From a virus (lineage: Duplodnaviria; Caudoviricetes), in the IMG/VR virus record IMGVR_UViG_3300037785_000057, positions 1 to 40,210 of that record: DNA of 40,210 bases. The stretch is one strand, 5' to 3'. The notes under the pieces were generated by a model, which had not been told where the DNA came from, searched no databases, and worked only from the letters and a program-made list of their open reading frames with translations. How positions within the stretch are numbered: the first letter of the stretch is position 1; each line of letters begins with the position of its first letter. Below are positions 1 to 7,601 of the stretch, piece by piece. Made by a program: the position numbers and the translations under genes.

Positions 1-60
1 GTTGCCGGTCCCCGGCCCTCGACTTTCGACCCACCCCCCCTGCGCCCCTGCACACCCCCC
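1..60 (-). other. cos region (left end), continuing into 40150-40210
   Basis: Minus strand reads GGGGGGGTGGGTCGAAAGTC...GGGGACCGG then AAATTTTTCCGCGCG...GGGGGGGGG, between HNH and terS, the usual layout around HK97-like cos sites. The exact nick site cannot be determined. Confidence 0.6.
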
Positions 61-437
61 CGCCGGTCCGCCTGCGCCTCCTGGCGCTGCTTGGTCCGGT
101 CGTGGCAGGGCTTGCAGAGCGACTGCAGGTCCCCGAACCAAAAACGCGCGTGGTCGCCGCGGTGCGGCTGCACATGGTCGGCCACGGTCGCGGGCTGCCG
201 CGTCTCCTCAGGGCACATCTCGCAGTGAGGCTCCTTGCGGAGTTGCATGGCCCGCCTGCCGTTCGGCCCGCGCCACGCGGCCCAGCTATACCAGCGCCGG
301 GCCTCGGGGTTGGACCGCACGGCCTCCGCGCGCGCCCATCGTTCCTCGTCCGCCTGCCTCTGATGCTTGGCGCACCGTTGCTGCCCGACCGGCACGAGGC
401 TGCGACAGCCGGTGACCGCGCAGGGCTTCATCGGCAT
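1..437 (-). CDS. HNH endonuclease, terminase-associated (HK97 gp74-like); runs off the left end and is absent from the ORF track
   Basis: Manual translation from ATG 437 (AGGAG upstream): MPMKPCAVTGC...CEMC...ATVADHVQPHRGD...FWFGDLQSLCKPCHDRTKQRQE. Sits immediately before cos/terS. Confidence 0.9.
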   Translation of the reverse strand, partial: MPMKPCAVTGCRSLVPVGQQRCAKHQRQADEERWARAEAVRSNPEARRWYSWAAWRGPNGRRAMQLRKEPHCEMCPEETRQPATVADHVQPHRGDHARFWFGDLQSLCKPCHDRTKQRQEAQADRRGGVQGRRGGGSKVEGRGPA

Positions 438-472
438 GCGCGGCTCTCCTCATGCGCCTGGCCACTGCCCTG

Positions 473-511
473 AAACGCAAAGCGCCCGGCAGGGATGATC
501 CCTCCGGGCGC
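473..511 (-). terminator. Intrinsic terminator just downstream of the putative late promoter (tR'-like)
   Basis: GCGCCCGG-AGGGATCATCCCTG-CCGGGCGC hairpin followed by TTTGCGTTT. Confidence 0.65.
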
Positions 512-527
512 AGGTGTGTTGAGTGCA

Positions 528-557
528 CTTATGCAACCCCCCTAGACTTTGCGTCAA
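528..557 (-). promoter_or_regulatory. Putative late promoter (pR'-like)
   Basis: TTGACG at 557-552 overlaps the upstream stop codon, followed by an 18-bp spacer and CATAAG. It points toward HNH and terminase. Confidence 0.5.
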
Positions 558-1279
558 GCCCCTTTTCGCCAGGGCGTCATCGGCGGCATCTCATCCGTCA
601 CCTCGACACGCGCCAGCAGGCCCGAGCCGCGCAGCTCCGAAGACAGGTGCAGCAGCGCGCCCCACCAGTCGAGATAGCCCCGGCGTGCCGCAGCGATCTG
701 TGCAGGCGTCGGCTCCCAGACGCACGGGGTATAAGCGACGGCATCGCGCACCGTCCCGCCCTTACGGCGTGCCCGCACGACCCCGGGCCAGCCCACCTGC
801 CGCAGCGGATCGGCAGGATCGAACACCAGCCCCAGCTCGACGCTGTCCGCCGTCTGGCCACGGCGGCCGTGCCGGTTAACGTGCCAGCTCCTTGGATGGA
901 TCCGGGGCGCCCGGCCCTCCATCCAGTCCGGGGCGAGCCCAGCCGCAGCCCAGCCCGCGATGGCAGCCGCCATGCCCTTGCCACCGTGCTGTGCCGGCAG
1001 ATGCTCAACCAGGGCGGCAATCACCTCAGCATCGTCCGCCGGGGCCGAGCCGCCCCATGCCGGGCCCGAGCTGTCCACCGTCGCGCCCAGCATGTGGCGC
1101 TGCCAGATCACCCACTCGGCACCAGCCGCCCCCCCGCGCGCCGACTGCGGGTCGACCACGTCAAAGGCGAGCCTGGCCTTCTCGACACCAAAGGCCCACT
1201 CAAGAGCGGCCCGGATCCCCATGCGCCGGACACCGCGCACCGGCGCCACCACCACTTCCGCCCGCGCCATGCCCATCAT
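554..1279 (-). CDS. Conserved phage protein in the late-regulator (Q) position
   Basis: 241 aa from the ATG that overlaps the upstream TGA. Last gene of the early-right operon, directly before the promoter and terminator. Confidence 0.7.
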   Translation of the reverse strand: MMGMARAEVVVAPVRGVRRMGIRAALEWAFGVEKARLAFDVVDPQSARGGAAGAEWVIWQRHMLGATVDSSGPAWGGSAPADDAEVIAALVEHLPAQHGGKGMAAAIAGWAAAGLAPDWMEGRAPRIHPRSWHVNRHGRRGQTADSVELGLVFDPADPLRQVGWPGVVRARRKGGTVRDAVAYTPCVWEPTPAQIAAARRGYLDWWGALLHLSSELRGSGLLARVEVTDEMPPMTPWRKGA

Positions 1280-1857
1280 CCCGACACCTCGATACCACGC
1301 TCTGCCCGCTCGATCCGGACCATCTCCTCGAGATAGGCGCGCCGTGCGCGATACTGGCGCGCCCACTCGGCATCCTGCGGATCGACCATGCGACCGTGCT
1401 TGCGCTTGTCGTCCACCAGTTCCAGCCGCCGCCGGTTGGCGCTGGCCCGGTCCGCGATGACGCGGCGATCCTGCGACCCGACAGGCGGCCGCTTGTGCCG
1501 GCCAAAGAACGCCCAGGTCTCCACCAGCGTGCCGTCGGCGATGGCGCGCGGCCCCTCGACAGATCCGAACCACCGGCGCAAGGCGGGCAGCTCCTCGATC
1601 GGCCGGGGCTCCGCCAGTTCCGCATAGGCCCGGAAGGTGGCCAGATCGGGCCAGCCGTTGCGGTCCTTGCCGGTGCCGCGAAAGCGCAGCGCCTCCTCCA
1701 CCCGGGCCAGCGCCTCGTCGGACAGATAGGCCAGCTCGTCGCAGACCCGGACCAGCATCTCGGCGCATGCCTCGGCGCTCATGCCGCCGGGCTTCCGAAA
1801 GCCCAGGGGCTCAAGCAGCAGCCGCCGCACACGGTCACGCTTGCTCTCGTCGGTCAT
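1276..1857 (-). CDS. Replication-module protein (possible helicase-loader analogue)
   Basis: 193 aa with RBS, directly after the initiator and iterons. Function inferred from position only. Confidence 0.6.
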   Translation of the reverse strand: MTDESKRDRVRRLLLEPLGFRKPGGMSAEACAEMLVRVCDELAYLSDEALARVEEALRFRGTGKDRNGWPDLATFRAYAELAEPRPIEELPALRRWFGSVEGPRAIADGTLVETWAFFGRHKRPPVGSQDRRVIADRASANRRRLELVDDKRKHGRMVDPQDAEWARQYRARRAYLEEMVRIERAERGIEVSG

Positions 1858-1924
1858 CGCTCATCCCCTTTTCTCAGCCTGATCCGGCTGCCTGCTGTCG
1901 GGACGCCCGGGCGGTAAGGGATGT

Positions 1925-2072
1925 TTTGTTCTGTCATGTTCTTTCATGTCCTGTCCTGTAGGGCGATGACACCCAAAGGCCTGAAAAGTGACAGCATCTG
2001 ACAGGCATCATGCTGTCATCATGCTGTCAGGATGCTGTCATGATGACACCGGTCTGACACCGGCATGACACC
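1925..2072. repeat. Iteron-like array, putative replication origin
   Basis: Ten TGTCA/TGACA pentamers: TGTCA at 1932, 2014, 2025, 2036; TGACA at 1967, 1989, 1999, 2044, 2055, 2066. A T-rich patch lies at 1921-1950. Confidence 0.75.
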
Positions 2073-2118
2073 TAGTCCCGCACCGAACCTCCCTCGATCT
2101 GCCACCCCGTCAGCCCGC

Positions 2119-2736
2119 TCACCGCGACACCTCCAGGCCGACGACACGCGGCACACCTGCCGCCTCCTCCAGGGCCACGCGGACGTTGTCGTCTGTGATG
2201 TAGAGGTCACCGTGCATCAGGTACTCTGCCACCGCGTGCACGACCTGGTCCGACTCCTGCAGCGCCTTGCCGACCCGCATCGCCGCCAGCTTGCGCCGCA
2301 CCCGGGATCTGACCTGCGCCTGCTTGTTCGCCTCCCGCTGCTGGTCGCGGCCCTTCTTGCGGACATGCATCCGCGCCACGACATCGGTCAGGAACCGGTG
2401 GCCCAGCCGACGCGGCACCCCGTCGTCCAGGCCCTCCACATCACAGGGCTGCCAGCCATAGAGGGCACCAGGCCGCGCCGCGCGCCACCCCGCCACATCG
2501 GCCCCGAACTTCGCCAGCTGCGCCAGTTCGACGTCGTCATCGGGCAATGTCCCCGCGGGATCCTGCCGGATCGCCTCGCTCCACAGCAAGAGCGCGGTGA
2601 AACCGTCGGCGCGCCGATCCTCGCTGACGCAATAGGCCACGAAGCGGCTGGTCAGCAGGCGGTTCACATGCAGCTCGATCCAGTCGTGGTTCGACAATGT
2701 GTCGCCATAGCGCAGCGGATACAGCCAGTAGTCCAT
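2119..2736 (-). CDS. Putative replication initiator (DUF1376/YdaU-like)
   Basis: Motif LLLWSEAIRQDPAGTLPDDDVELAQLA; adjacent to the iterons. ATG 2736 is coupled (TGATG) to the upstream gene; alternative start 2778. Confidence 0.65.
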   Translation of the reverse strand: MDYWLYPLRYGDTLSNHDWIELHVNRLLTSRFVAYCVSEDRRADGFTALLLWSEAIRQDPAGTLPDDDVELAQLAKFGADVAGWRAARPGALYGWQPCDVEGLDDGVPRRLGHRFLTDVVARMHVRKKGRDQQREANKQAQVRSRVRRKLAAMRVGKALQESDQVVHAVAEYLMHGDLYITDDNVRVALEEAAGVPRVVGLEVSR

Positions 2737-3011
2737 CAAATGCCTGCCCCTTGGGTTGAAGAATTGTCCCTGGCCCATTCGGCCGCATCCGCCATCGCGG
2801 CCTGCGGCGAGCCGTGCACACGGCGCCGCAGGCGACGACCTTGCGCCGCCTCCTCGACGATGAAACGCGCGCCGATGGCGGCATCGAGCATCGAGCCCGG
2901 ATGCCCGACCCGCAGCCGCGTGAGAAGATAGGCGACCGGCCCCGCCTGCGCCTCGCCCCGGTCGGGGCCAGTTCTGCGCCAGACCAGCTCAGCCACCGAA
3001 ACACCCGTCAT
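2736..3011 (-). CDS. Hypothetical protein
   Basis: 91 aa ORF overlapping its neighbours in the operon. Confidence 0.55.
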   Translation of the reverse strand: MTGVSVAELVWRRTGPDRGEAQAGPVAYLLTRLRVGHPGSMLDAAIGARFIVEEAAQGRRLRRRVHGSPQAAMADAAEWARDNSSTQGAGI

Positions 3012-3369
3012 CCAGCACGGCGTCGATCAGCCGCTCCATCACGACGGCATCGACCAGCCGCGCCGCCAGCGCCTCCGCCGTCATGCCGCGCCGCTCCGCC
3101 GCCCGGGTCAGACCCGGCAGGCAGCGCCCGGGCAGCACGACGACAGGCGCGGCCAGACAGGCCGCATCAGGTGCAGGCACGGCGATGCCAGCCCGCCGCG
3201 CCCGCGTGAGGTGCTGACTGACCGTGGCGACAGAGCAGCCCAGCCGCGCGGCGATATCTCCCCGGGGCACCTTCTGCAGGGCCAGCGCGACCACCGAAGG
3301 GCCGACGCCGCCCCGAGACCCCCAGCCCGACGCACCCGGCATCGGCCCGTAATGTGCCCCATCAGCCAT
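2989..3369 (-). CDS. HTH DNA-binding protein
   Basis: PRGDIAARLGCSVATVSQHLTRAR helix-turn-helix. Confidence 0.7.
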   Translation of the reverse strand: MADGAHYGPMPGASGWGSRGGVGPSVVALALQKVPRGDIAARLGCSVATVSQHLTRARRAGIAVPAPDAACLAAPVVVLPGRCLPGLTRAAERRGMTAEALAARLVDAVVMERLIDAVLDDGCFGG

Positions 3370-3817
3370 TCCGCACCGCCGCCCTGGCCGCGCCAACGAC
3401 CCGCGGCACCAGCGCGCCCACGGGACGCACCCAATGCGCCGCCCGAAAGTTGCAGATGCACTCCTCGACCTCGACGTCGCCGATATGGGCCAGCAGCAGC
3501 TCTGCCGCATCGGGGGTGAAGAGATCGACATCACCATGGGCATCCCGGCCCTTGCCTGCCGTGGTCACATGGACCGACAGACGGCGCCCCTTCAGCGTGA
3601 AATCCAGCGTGGTCGTCATCAGCTCTCCCCGGTTCCTGACCCGCGTCAAAGTGGCTGCCCCCATGTCGAAAGCCCGCGCCGCGGCGCTCTTGGAGCCGTG
3701 CAGCGCCACCGCGTCGGCCACCCACATCGCCTCGAACAGCGCCCGCGCATCGCGCAGGGTCAGGCCCTTTTCGGCGCACTTCCGCGCCAGGAGCGGGATC
3801 CCCGGCGCGTCAGTCAT
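3362..3817 (-). CDS. Protein with N-terminal Fis-like HTH
   Basis: TLRDARALFEAMWVADAVALHGSKSAAARAFDMGAATL resembles a Fis/NtrC-type HTH. Confidence 0.6.
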   Translation of the reverse strand: MTDAPGIPLLARKCAEKGLTLRDARALFEAMWVADAVALHGSKSAAARAFDMGAATLTRVRNRGELMTTTLDFTLKGRRLSVHVTTAGKGRDAHGDVDLFTPDAAELLLAHIGDVEVEECICNFRAAHWVRPVGALVPRVVGAARAAVRNG

Positions 3818-4577
3818 CGAGCTTGCCCACTTCGTTGCCCCAGGCCGCCCAGCCTGGACGGTTGCGCCGCGAGAACACCTCGATCCGGCGGGCCTCGGGC
3901 ATCAGCCGCTCGGCGGCGACATACGCCGCGTCAGGCTTGGCGGAATGCACGCCGATCGGCGCCTCGACCACAGACCGGACGTTGCGCGCTGTCTTCGGCG
4001 CGCCCCGTGTCCCGATCAGGAACGGCTCGCCCGCGCCCCTCATGATGTAGCCGGTCCCGAAGGCCTGCTTTCCGTGCACGGTCTTCTTCGACCAGTGGCC
4101 CGAGGTCTTGTAGACGAACCCCCAGGCATCCAGGACCTCGAGCGCCAGCGGCAGCAACGGCCCCGTGGCCCAAAGCCACAGCAGGCAGTCCCGCGCGGCC
4201 AGCACACCCACCGGCAGCCGACGGATGTCGTCTGCAGTCATGCAGTCGTAATGCGCCTGGGCGCTCTTGCCCTCGCCCTTGTCGGACCGCAGCGCGAAGG
4301 CCCAGGGCGGATCGGCCATGATCAGCTCGAACCCGCCCGCCGGCCGCAACGCGATGAAGTCGTCGCGGACGACCATGTCGACACCTGCCGGCACATCCCC
4401 GCCGCGACCGACGGCAGCGCCCGGGGACCAGGGCCGCCCGGCATCCTCGCTGTGCGGATGCAGGATGCGCTCGATCGCCCGGTCCGCAGCGGCAAGCTGG
4501 GCGGTGTCCATGCGGCTCACCGAGGCGGCAAGGCGGTCGCAGACGCGGTCCCGCTGGCGGCTGGCCTGCACGTTCAC
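3810..4577 (-). CDS. MT-A70 family N6-adenine methyltransferase
   Basis: FELIMADPPW, HYDCM, LWLWAT, LDAWGF, GTGY and HSAKP motifs, plus IEVFSR...GWAAWGNE. GTG start overlaps the upstream stop. Confidence 0.88.
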   Translation of the reverse strand: MNVQASRQRDRVCDRLAASVSRMDTAQLAAADRAIERILHPHSEDAGRPWSPGAAVGRGGDVPAGVDMVVRDDFIALRPAGGFELIMADPPWAFALRSDKGEGKSAQAHYDCMTADDIRRLPVGVLAARDCLLWLWATGPLLPLALEVLDAWGFVYKTSGHWSKKTVHGKQAFGTGYIMRGAGEPFLIGTRGAPKTARNVRSVVEAPIGVHSAKPDAAYVAAERLMPEARRIEVFSRRNRPGWAAWGNEVGKLDD

Positions 4578-5449
4578 CGTCCCGCCTCCGCCGCCATGGC
4601 CCGCGCGATCCGCGCGACATCGACCTGCTCCTGGTAGGAGGCATCGGGCACCAGCTTGCGGTAGCGCTCGCGCAGCCAGTCGAGCGGCGCATCCTCGCGC
4701 GCAGCGATCGCGCGCAGCTTCACGCCGCGGCTCAGCTCCTCGAGCAGCTCCGCATCGGCGTCGAGGCACCACTCCTGCGTATGACCGATCCGCCGGAGCC
4801 GCGCCCGGATCGCCTGGTCCCGCGCGCTCACACCCTTGCTGACCGGCACCACCGGCGGCGCCTGGACGGGCGGAGGCGTCAAGGATTCCTTGACAGTTGG
4901 CCGCGCCGCGACCGGGGCAGCCGCGACCTTTGCTGGCGGATCGGCCCGGACGACCTTGCGCCCGACGCGGCCCCGATCGGCCAGGGCCCGCCGCAGAACC
5001 GGCCCGATCCCGAGAACCGAGCGGTTCAGCGCCCGGGCAATCTCCTGCCGGGTCTCGCCGCCATCGAACCGCCGCAGCAGCTCTGCCACCTCGTCATCCG
5101 TGAAAGCGCCGCGCCGGGCAGGCCCATTGTCCTGCGGCGCCGCGGGCTCCGGCGCAGGCGCAGGTGCAGGTGCAGGCTCCGGCTCCGGGGCAGGCTCTGG
5201 CTCTGGCTCCGGGGCAGGCTCTGGCGCAGGCGCAGGCGCCGCCGCCACCGCGGGCTCCGGCCGGGTCAGACCCAGCGGCACGCGAAAGCTCACCCAGTCC
5301 GGCTCCTGGACGGCCAGGGACACATCGACCCCCGCCGCCGCCAGCCGCGCCTCGAAATCGGCGCAGAGCATCAGCACATCCCGCCGCCGCTCTGCCGCCT
5401 CCAGCGCATCCTCCGCCGCATCGATCATGGATAGAAGCTCCCGCATCAT
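4574..5449 (-). CDS. Multi-domain protein with Pro/Ala/Glu linker and HTH-like domains
   Basis: (PAPEPE)n linker at about 5140-5260; FTDDEVAELLRRFDGGETRQEIARALNRS HTH-like segment. Confidence 0.7.
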   Translation of the reverse strand: MMRELLSMIDAAEDALEAAERRRDVLMLCADFEARLAAAGVDVSLAVQEPDWVSFRVPLGLTRPEPAVAAAPAPAPEPAPEPEPEPAPEPEPAPAPAPAPEPAAPQDNGPARRGAFTDDEVAELLRRFDGGETRQEIARALNRSVLGIGPVLRRALADRGRVGRKVVRADPPAKVAAAPVAARPTVKESLTPPPVQAPPVVPVSKGVSARDQAIRARLRRIGHTQEWCLDADAELLEELSRGVKLRAIAAREDAPLDWLRERYRKLVPDASYQEQVDVARIARAMAAEAGR

Positions 5450-5673
5450 CCAGCCGCCCTGCAGCGCGAACACAGCCGGTTGTGCACGCCCTCCGAGAGG
5501 AAGGCCCTGCCACAGCACAGACAGTCCCGCTGCCGCCGACGCGCCCGCTTCTCGACGGTCTCCAGAAAATCCTCGGCACCATCCTTCGACAGGATGCCCG
5601 ACCGCTGGATCTCGCCCTCGAACACGGCATAGCGGCCGGGGCGGCCCTGCAGGGACCGCATCTCATACGCCAT
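5446..5673 (-). CDS. Small Zn-finger protein
   Basis: RDCLCCGRAFLSEGVHNRLCSRC. Confidence 0.7.
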   Translation of the reverse strand: MAYEMRSLQGRPGRYAVFEGEIQRSGILSKDGAEDFLETVEKRARRRQRDCLCCGRAFLSEGVHNRLCSRCRAAG

Positions 5674-5685
5674 GACAGCCCCCGA

Positions 5686-5719
5686 AAAGGCCCCCGACGT
5701 GCCGCGCGGCACGCCGGGG
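5686..5719 (-). terminator. Putative terminator within the early-right operon
   Basis: CCCCGGCGTGCC-GCGC-GGCACGTCGGGG hairpin followed by CCTTTT. Confidence 0.5.
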
Positions 5720-5829
5720 AGGTCGAGGCAGGAGATCGGGGCGGCCTTGCGCCCCGCCGGCGCCGCCCCTCTTTACCGGACCTTCGGGCTGATGGTCGCC
5801 CGCGGAGACGCAACCGAGAAAACCCACAC

Positions 5830-5949
5830 TCACAATCCCGCCCTCCGGAAAAATACTTCCGCACGGCGCTCCAGCTCGCAGGCCCGCCGCCGCGCGACCT
5901 GCGCGGCGACCTGGCACCAGCGGGCGCGGATGTACCACAGCGCCCTCAC
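5830..5949 (-). CDS. 39-aa basic mini-protein (not in ORF track)
   Basis: GTGA-coupled start; translates VRALWYIRARWCQVAAQVARRRACELERRAEVFFRRAGL. Confidence 0.5.
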   Translation of the reverse strand: MRALWYIRARWCQVAAQVARRRACELERRAEVFFRRAGL

Positions 5950-6212
5950 CGCTTTGCGCCCCGATGGGCCAGCACAACCTCCGCCCCGGCGATGGCCGCC
6001 ACGGCAAAATAGTGATGGACGGCGGCGGAATGCTCGCAGCGCAGCCAGTTCTTGACCTGTCGCGGGCTGACATCCAGAACCCGCGCCGCCTTGTGGCTCA
6101 GCTCATGCTCGGACGGGGCAGGAAAGGCCCGCCACAGCAGGGCCGCGAAGGCACGCCGCGAGGCCGCAACATGCTCCTGTGTCGTTTCGGCAGGATTTTT
6201 CACCGGTCTCAC
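5946..6212 (-). CDS. HTH protein in the CII position
   Basis: KAARVLDVSPRQVKNWL HTH; first gene after cro. Start uncertain (GTG 6212 or 6203). Confidence 0.65.
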   Translation of the reverse strand: MRPVKNPAETTQEHVAASRRAFAALLWRAFPAPSEHELSHKAARVLDVSPRQVKNWLRCEHSAAVHHYFAVAAIAGAEVVLAHRGAKR

Positions 6213-6319
6213 TCCATGTTTCTCCTGTGACTGGGAAACTGGAAAGACGGGGGCCGCGTGTCTCATCGCGTGGCCCCCGTGTGATAGGATGGGGCGGTCA
6301 GGAATGAGGGAATCACGTC

Positions 6320-6814
6320 ATGTTGCTGTCGATCTGGATCGGCCTCGCCATTGTCACCGCAATCGCCGCCCAGGCCCGGGGCCGCAGCTTTGCAGGCTGG
6401 CTGCTGATCGGCGCGCTCACCGGCGCGTTCGGGCTGATCGCGGTCCTGGTCATGAACCGGGTCGAGCCTGCCACGCCCACGCCCGCCCCGCCGGGCTTCG
6501 CCCCGATGAAGCGCCCGCCCGCCCAGGTCCGGCGCGAACCGGACGACGTGCTGCAGATCTACAAGGGCTTTCGCATCCGCAAGCGCGCGGGCGCCACGGT
6601 GCACACCGACGGACAGGACTTCCCGACGCTGGCCGAGGCCAGGGCCCACATCGACGACCGCGACCCGGCCGAGGGGTTGGCCCTGGGCGAGACGGTCGAG
6701 ACGCACAACACGATCCGCATCGTGGTCGGCCCCCGCGGATACCGCGCAGGCGGCATGGACTTCGACACCATCGACGCGGCGCGGCGATATGCGGACCAGC
6801 TGATGGACGGTTAG
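6320..6814 (+). CDS. Membrane protein, moron-like; possible superinfection exclusion
   Basis: Two N-terminal TM helices, a Pro linker and two tandem ~45-aa domains (DFPTLAEARAHID / DFDTIDAARRYAD). Oriented against the surrounding operon. Confidence 0.7.
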   Translation: MLLSIWIGLAIVTAIAAQARGRSFAGWLLIGALTGAFGLIAVLVMNRVEPATPTPAPPGFAPMKRPPAQVRREPDDVLQIYKGFRIRKRAGATVHTDGQDFPTLAEARAHIDDRDPAEGLALGETVETHNTIRIVVGPRGYRAGGMDFDTIDAARRYADQLMDG

Positions 6815-6816
6815 GC

Positions 6817-7059
6817 TCACGCGGCGTCCTCCTCAGACCGCTCGGCATGCACCGGGGTCGGTCGGCGTTGCGACTTCAACCAGCTCCTGACCGTCACAGC
6901 TCCGTCGGTCGCGGCCTCGATCTTGATCGCCAGTTCGAGGCCGGGCATCTTCGTGCCTCCGACCAGTTGGCTCATGTACGGACGCGACACGCCGACCTTT
7001 TCAGCCAGGTCGGACTGTCTGGTTCCGGTTGTCGCCAGATGCTCTCGCAGCTTTGTCAT
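6817..7059 (-). CDS. cro: Cro-like XRE repressor
   Basis: RQSDLAEKVGVSRPYMSQLVGGTKMPGLELAIKIEAATDGAV; divergent from cI. Confidence 0.85.
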   Translation of the reverse strand: MTKLREHLATTGTRQSDLAEKVGVSRPYMSQLVGGTKMPGLELAIKIEAATDGAVTVRSWLKSQRRPTPVHAERSEEDAA

Positions 7060-7068
7060 GGGGCCTTA

Positions 7069-7119
7069 GTTTGCACACCGCAAACACTCATGCAAGGACG
7101 AAGTTTGCACCGAGCTATT
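7069..7119. promoter_or_regulatory. Right operator and promoter region
   Basis: Perfect GTTTGC-N5-GCAAAC at 7069-7085 and a degenerate copy at 7103-7119. Minus-strand TTGCAT-N17-AAACTA ends 7 nt before the cro ATG. Confidence 0.75.
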
Positions 7120-7153
7120 TTGCACCGAGACGAGCAGATGGCATGAGGCAACC

Positions 7154-7450
7154 ATGAAGCTGAGAGTGCGCCACCTGCGTCAATCACGCGGCCTGACGAT
7201 CGAGCACCTGGCCCAGATGGCCGGGATCTCGAAAGGCTTTCTTTCTCAGATCGAAACCGACAAAAGACAGCCGAGCGCCGAGACGCTGGAGGCCCTGGCC
7301 GAGGCGCTCGACTGCTCTGTCAGCTACTTGTTCGCCGATTCGGAAACCGAGGCGGATGCGCTTCTGCAGGACCTGATGACCCTGGACCGCGACCAGCGCG
7401 CGGCGATACGGGCCCTGATTCTGAGCTTCCGGTCGCCGCCGCAAGACTGA
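7154..7450 (+). CDS. cI: CI-like XRE repressor lacking an S24 autopeptidase domain
   Basis: VRHLRQSRGLTIEHLAQMAGISKGFLSQIETDKRQPS HTH; only 98 aa. Confidence 0.85.
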   Translation: MKLRVRHLRQSRGLTIEHLAQMAGISKGFLSQIETDKRQPSAETLEALAEALDCSVSYLFADSETEADALLQDLMTLDRDQRAAIRALILSFRSPPQD

Positions 7451-7532
7451 TCGCCCTGCGCACCAGCTGCCTCTGGGCGCTGGTCAGCTTCAAAATCGCG
7501 GCCCTGAGCTCTTGCTCTTCAAATCGCTGCAT
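7320..7532 (-). CDS. Small ORF antisense to cI, candidate antirepressor
   Basis: MQRFEEQELRAAILKLTSAQRQLVRRAISL resembles the CI C-terminus. RBS is weak. Confidence 0.45.
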   Translation of the reverse strand: MQRFEEQELRAAILKLTSAQRQLVRRAISLAAATGSSESGPVSPRAGRGPGSSGPAEAHPPRFPNRRTSS

Positions 7533-7601
7533 CTTGCCCCCATTTCTACGCCCCCATGGTGGCTCGCGACGGCCACCCTGAGTCGTCAACACTGCATGAG
7601 A

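Noticed and set aside
1928-1941. GTTC-N6-GTTC resembling an alphaproteobacterial LexA box
   Set aside because: The spacer is 6 rather than 7 nt, and it lies in the iteron region rather than at a promoter.
1980-2072. Mini-CRISPR array
   Set aside because: Repeats are 5-9 bp at an 11-bp period with no spacers, and there are no cas genes.
5140-5260. Short tandem DNA repeats as a regulatory or contingency locus
   Set aside because: They encode an in-frame Pro-Ala/Pro-Glu linker with synonymous variation.
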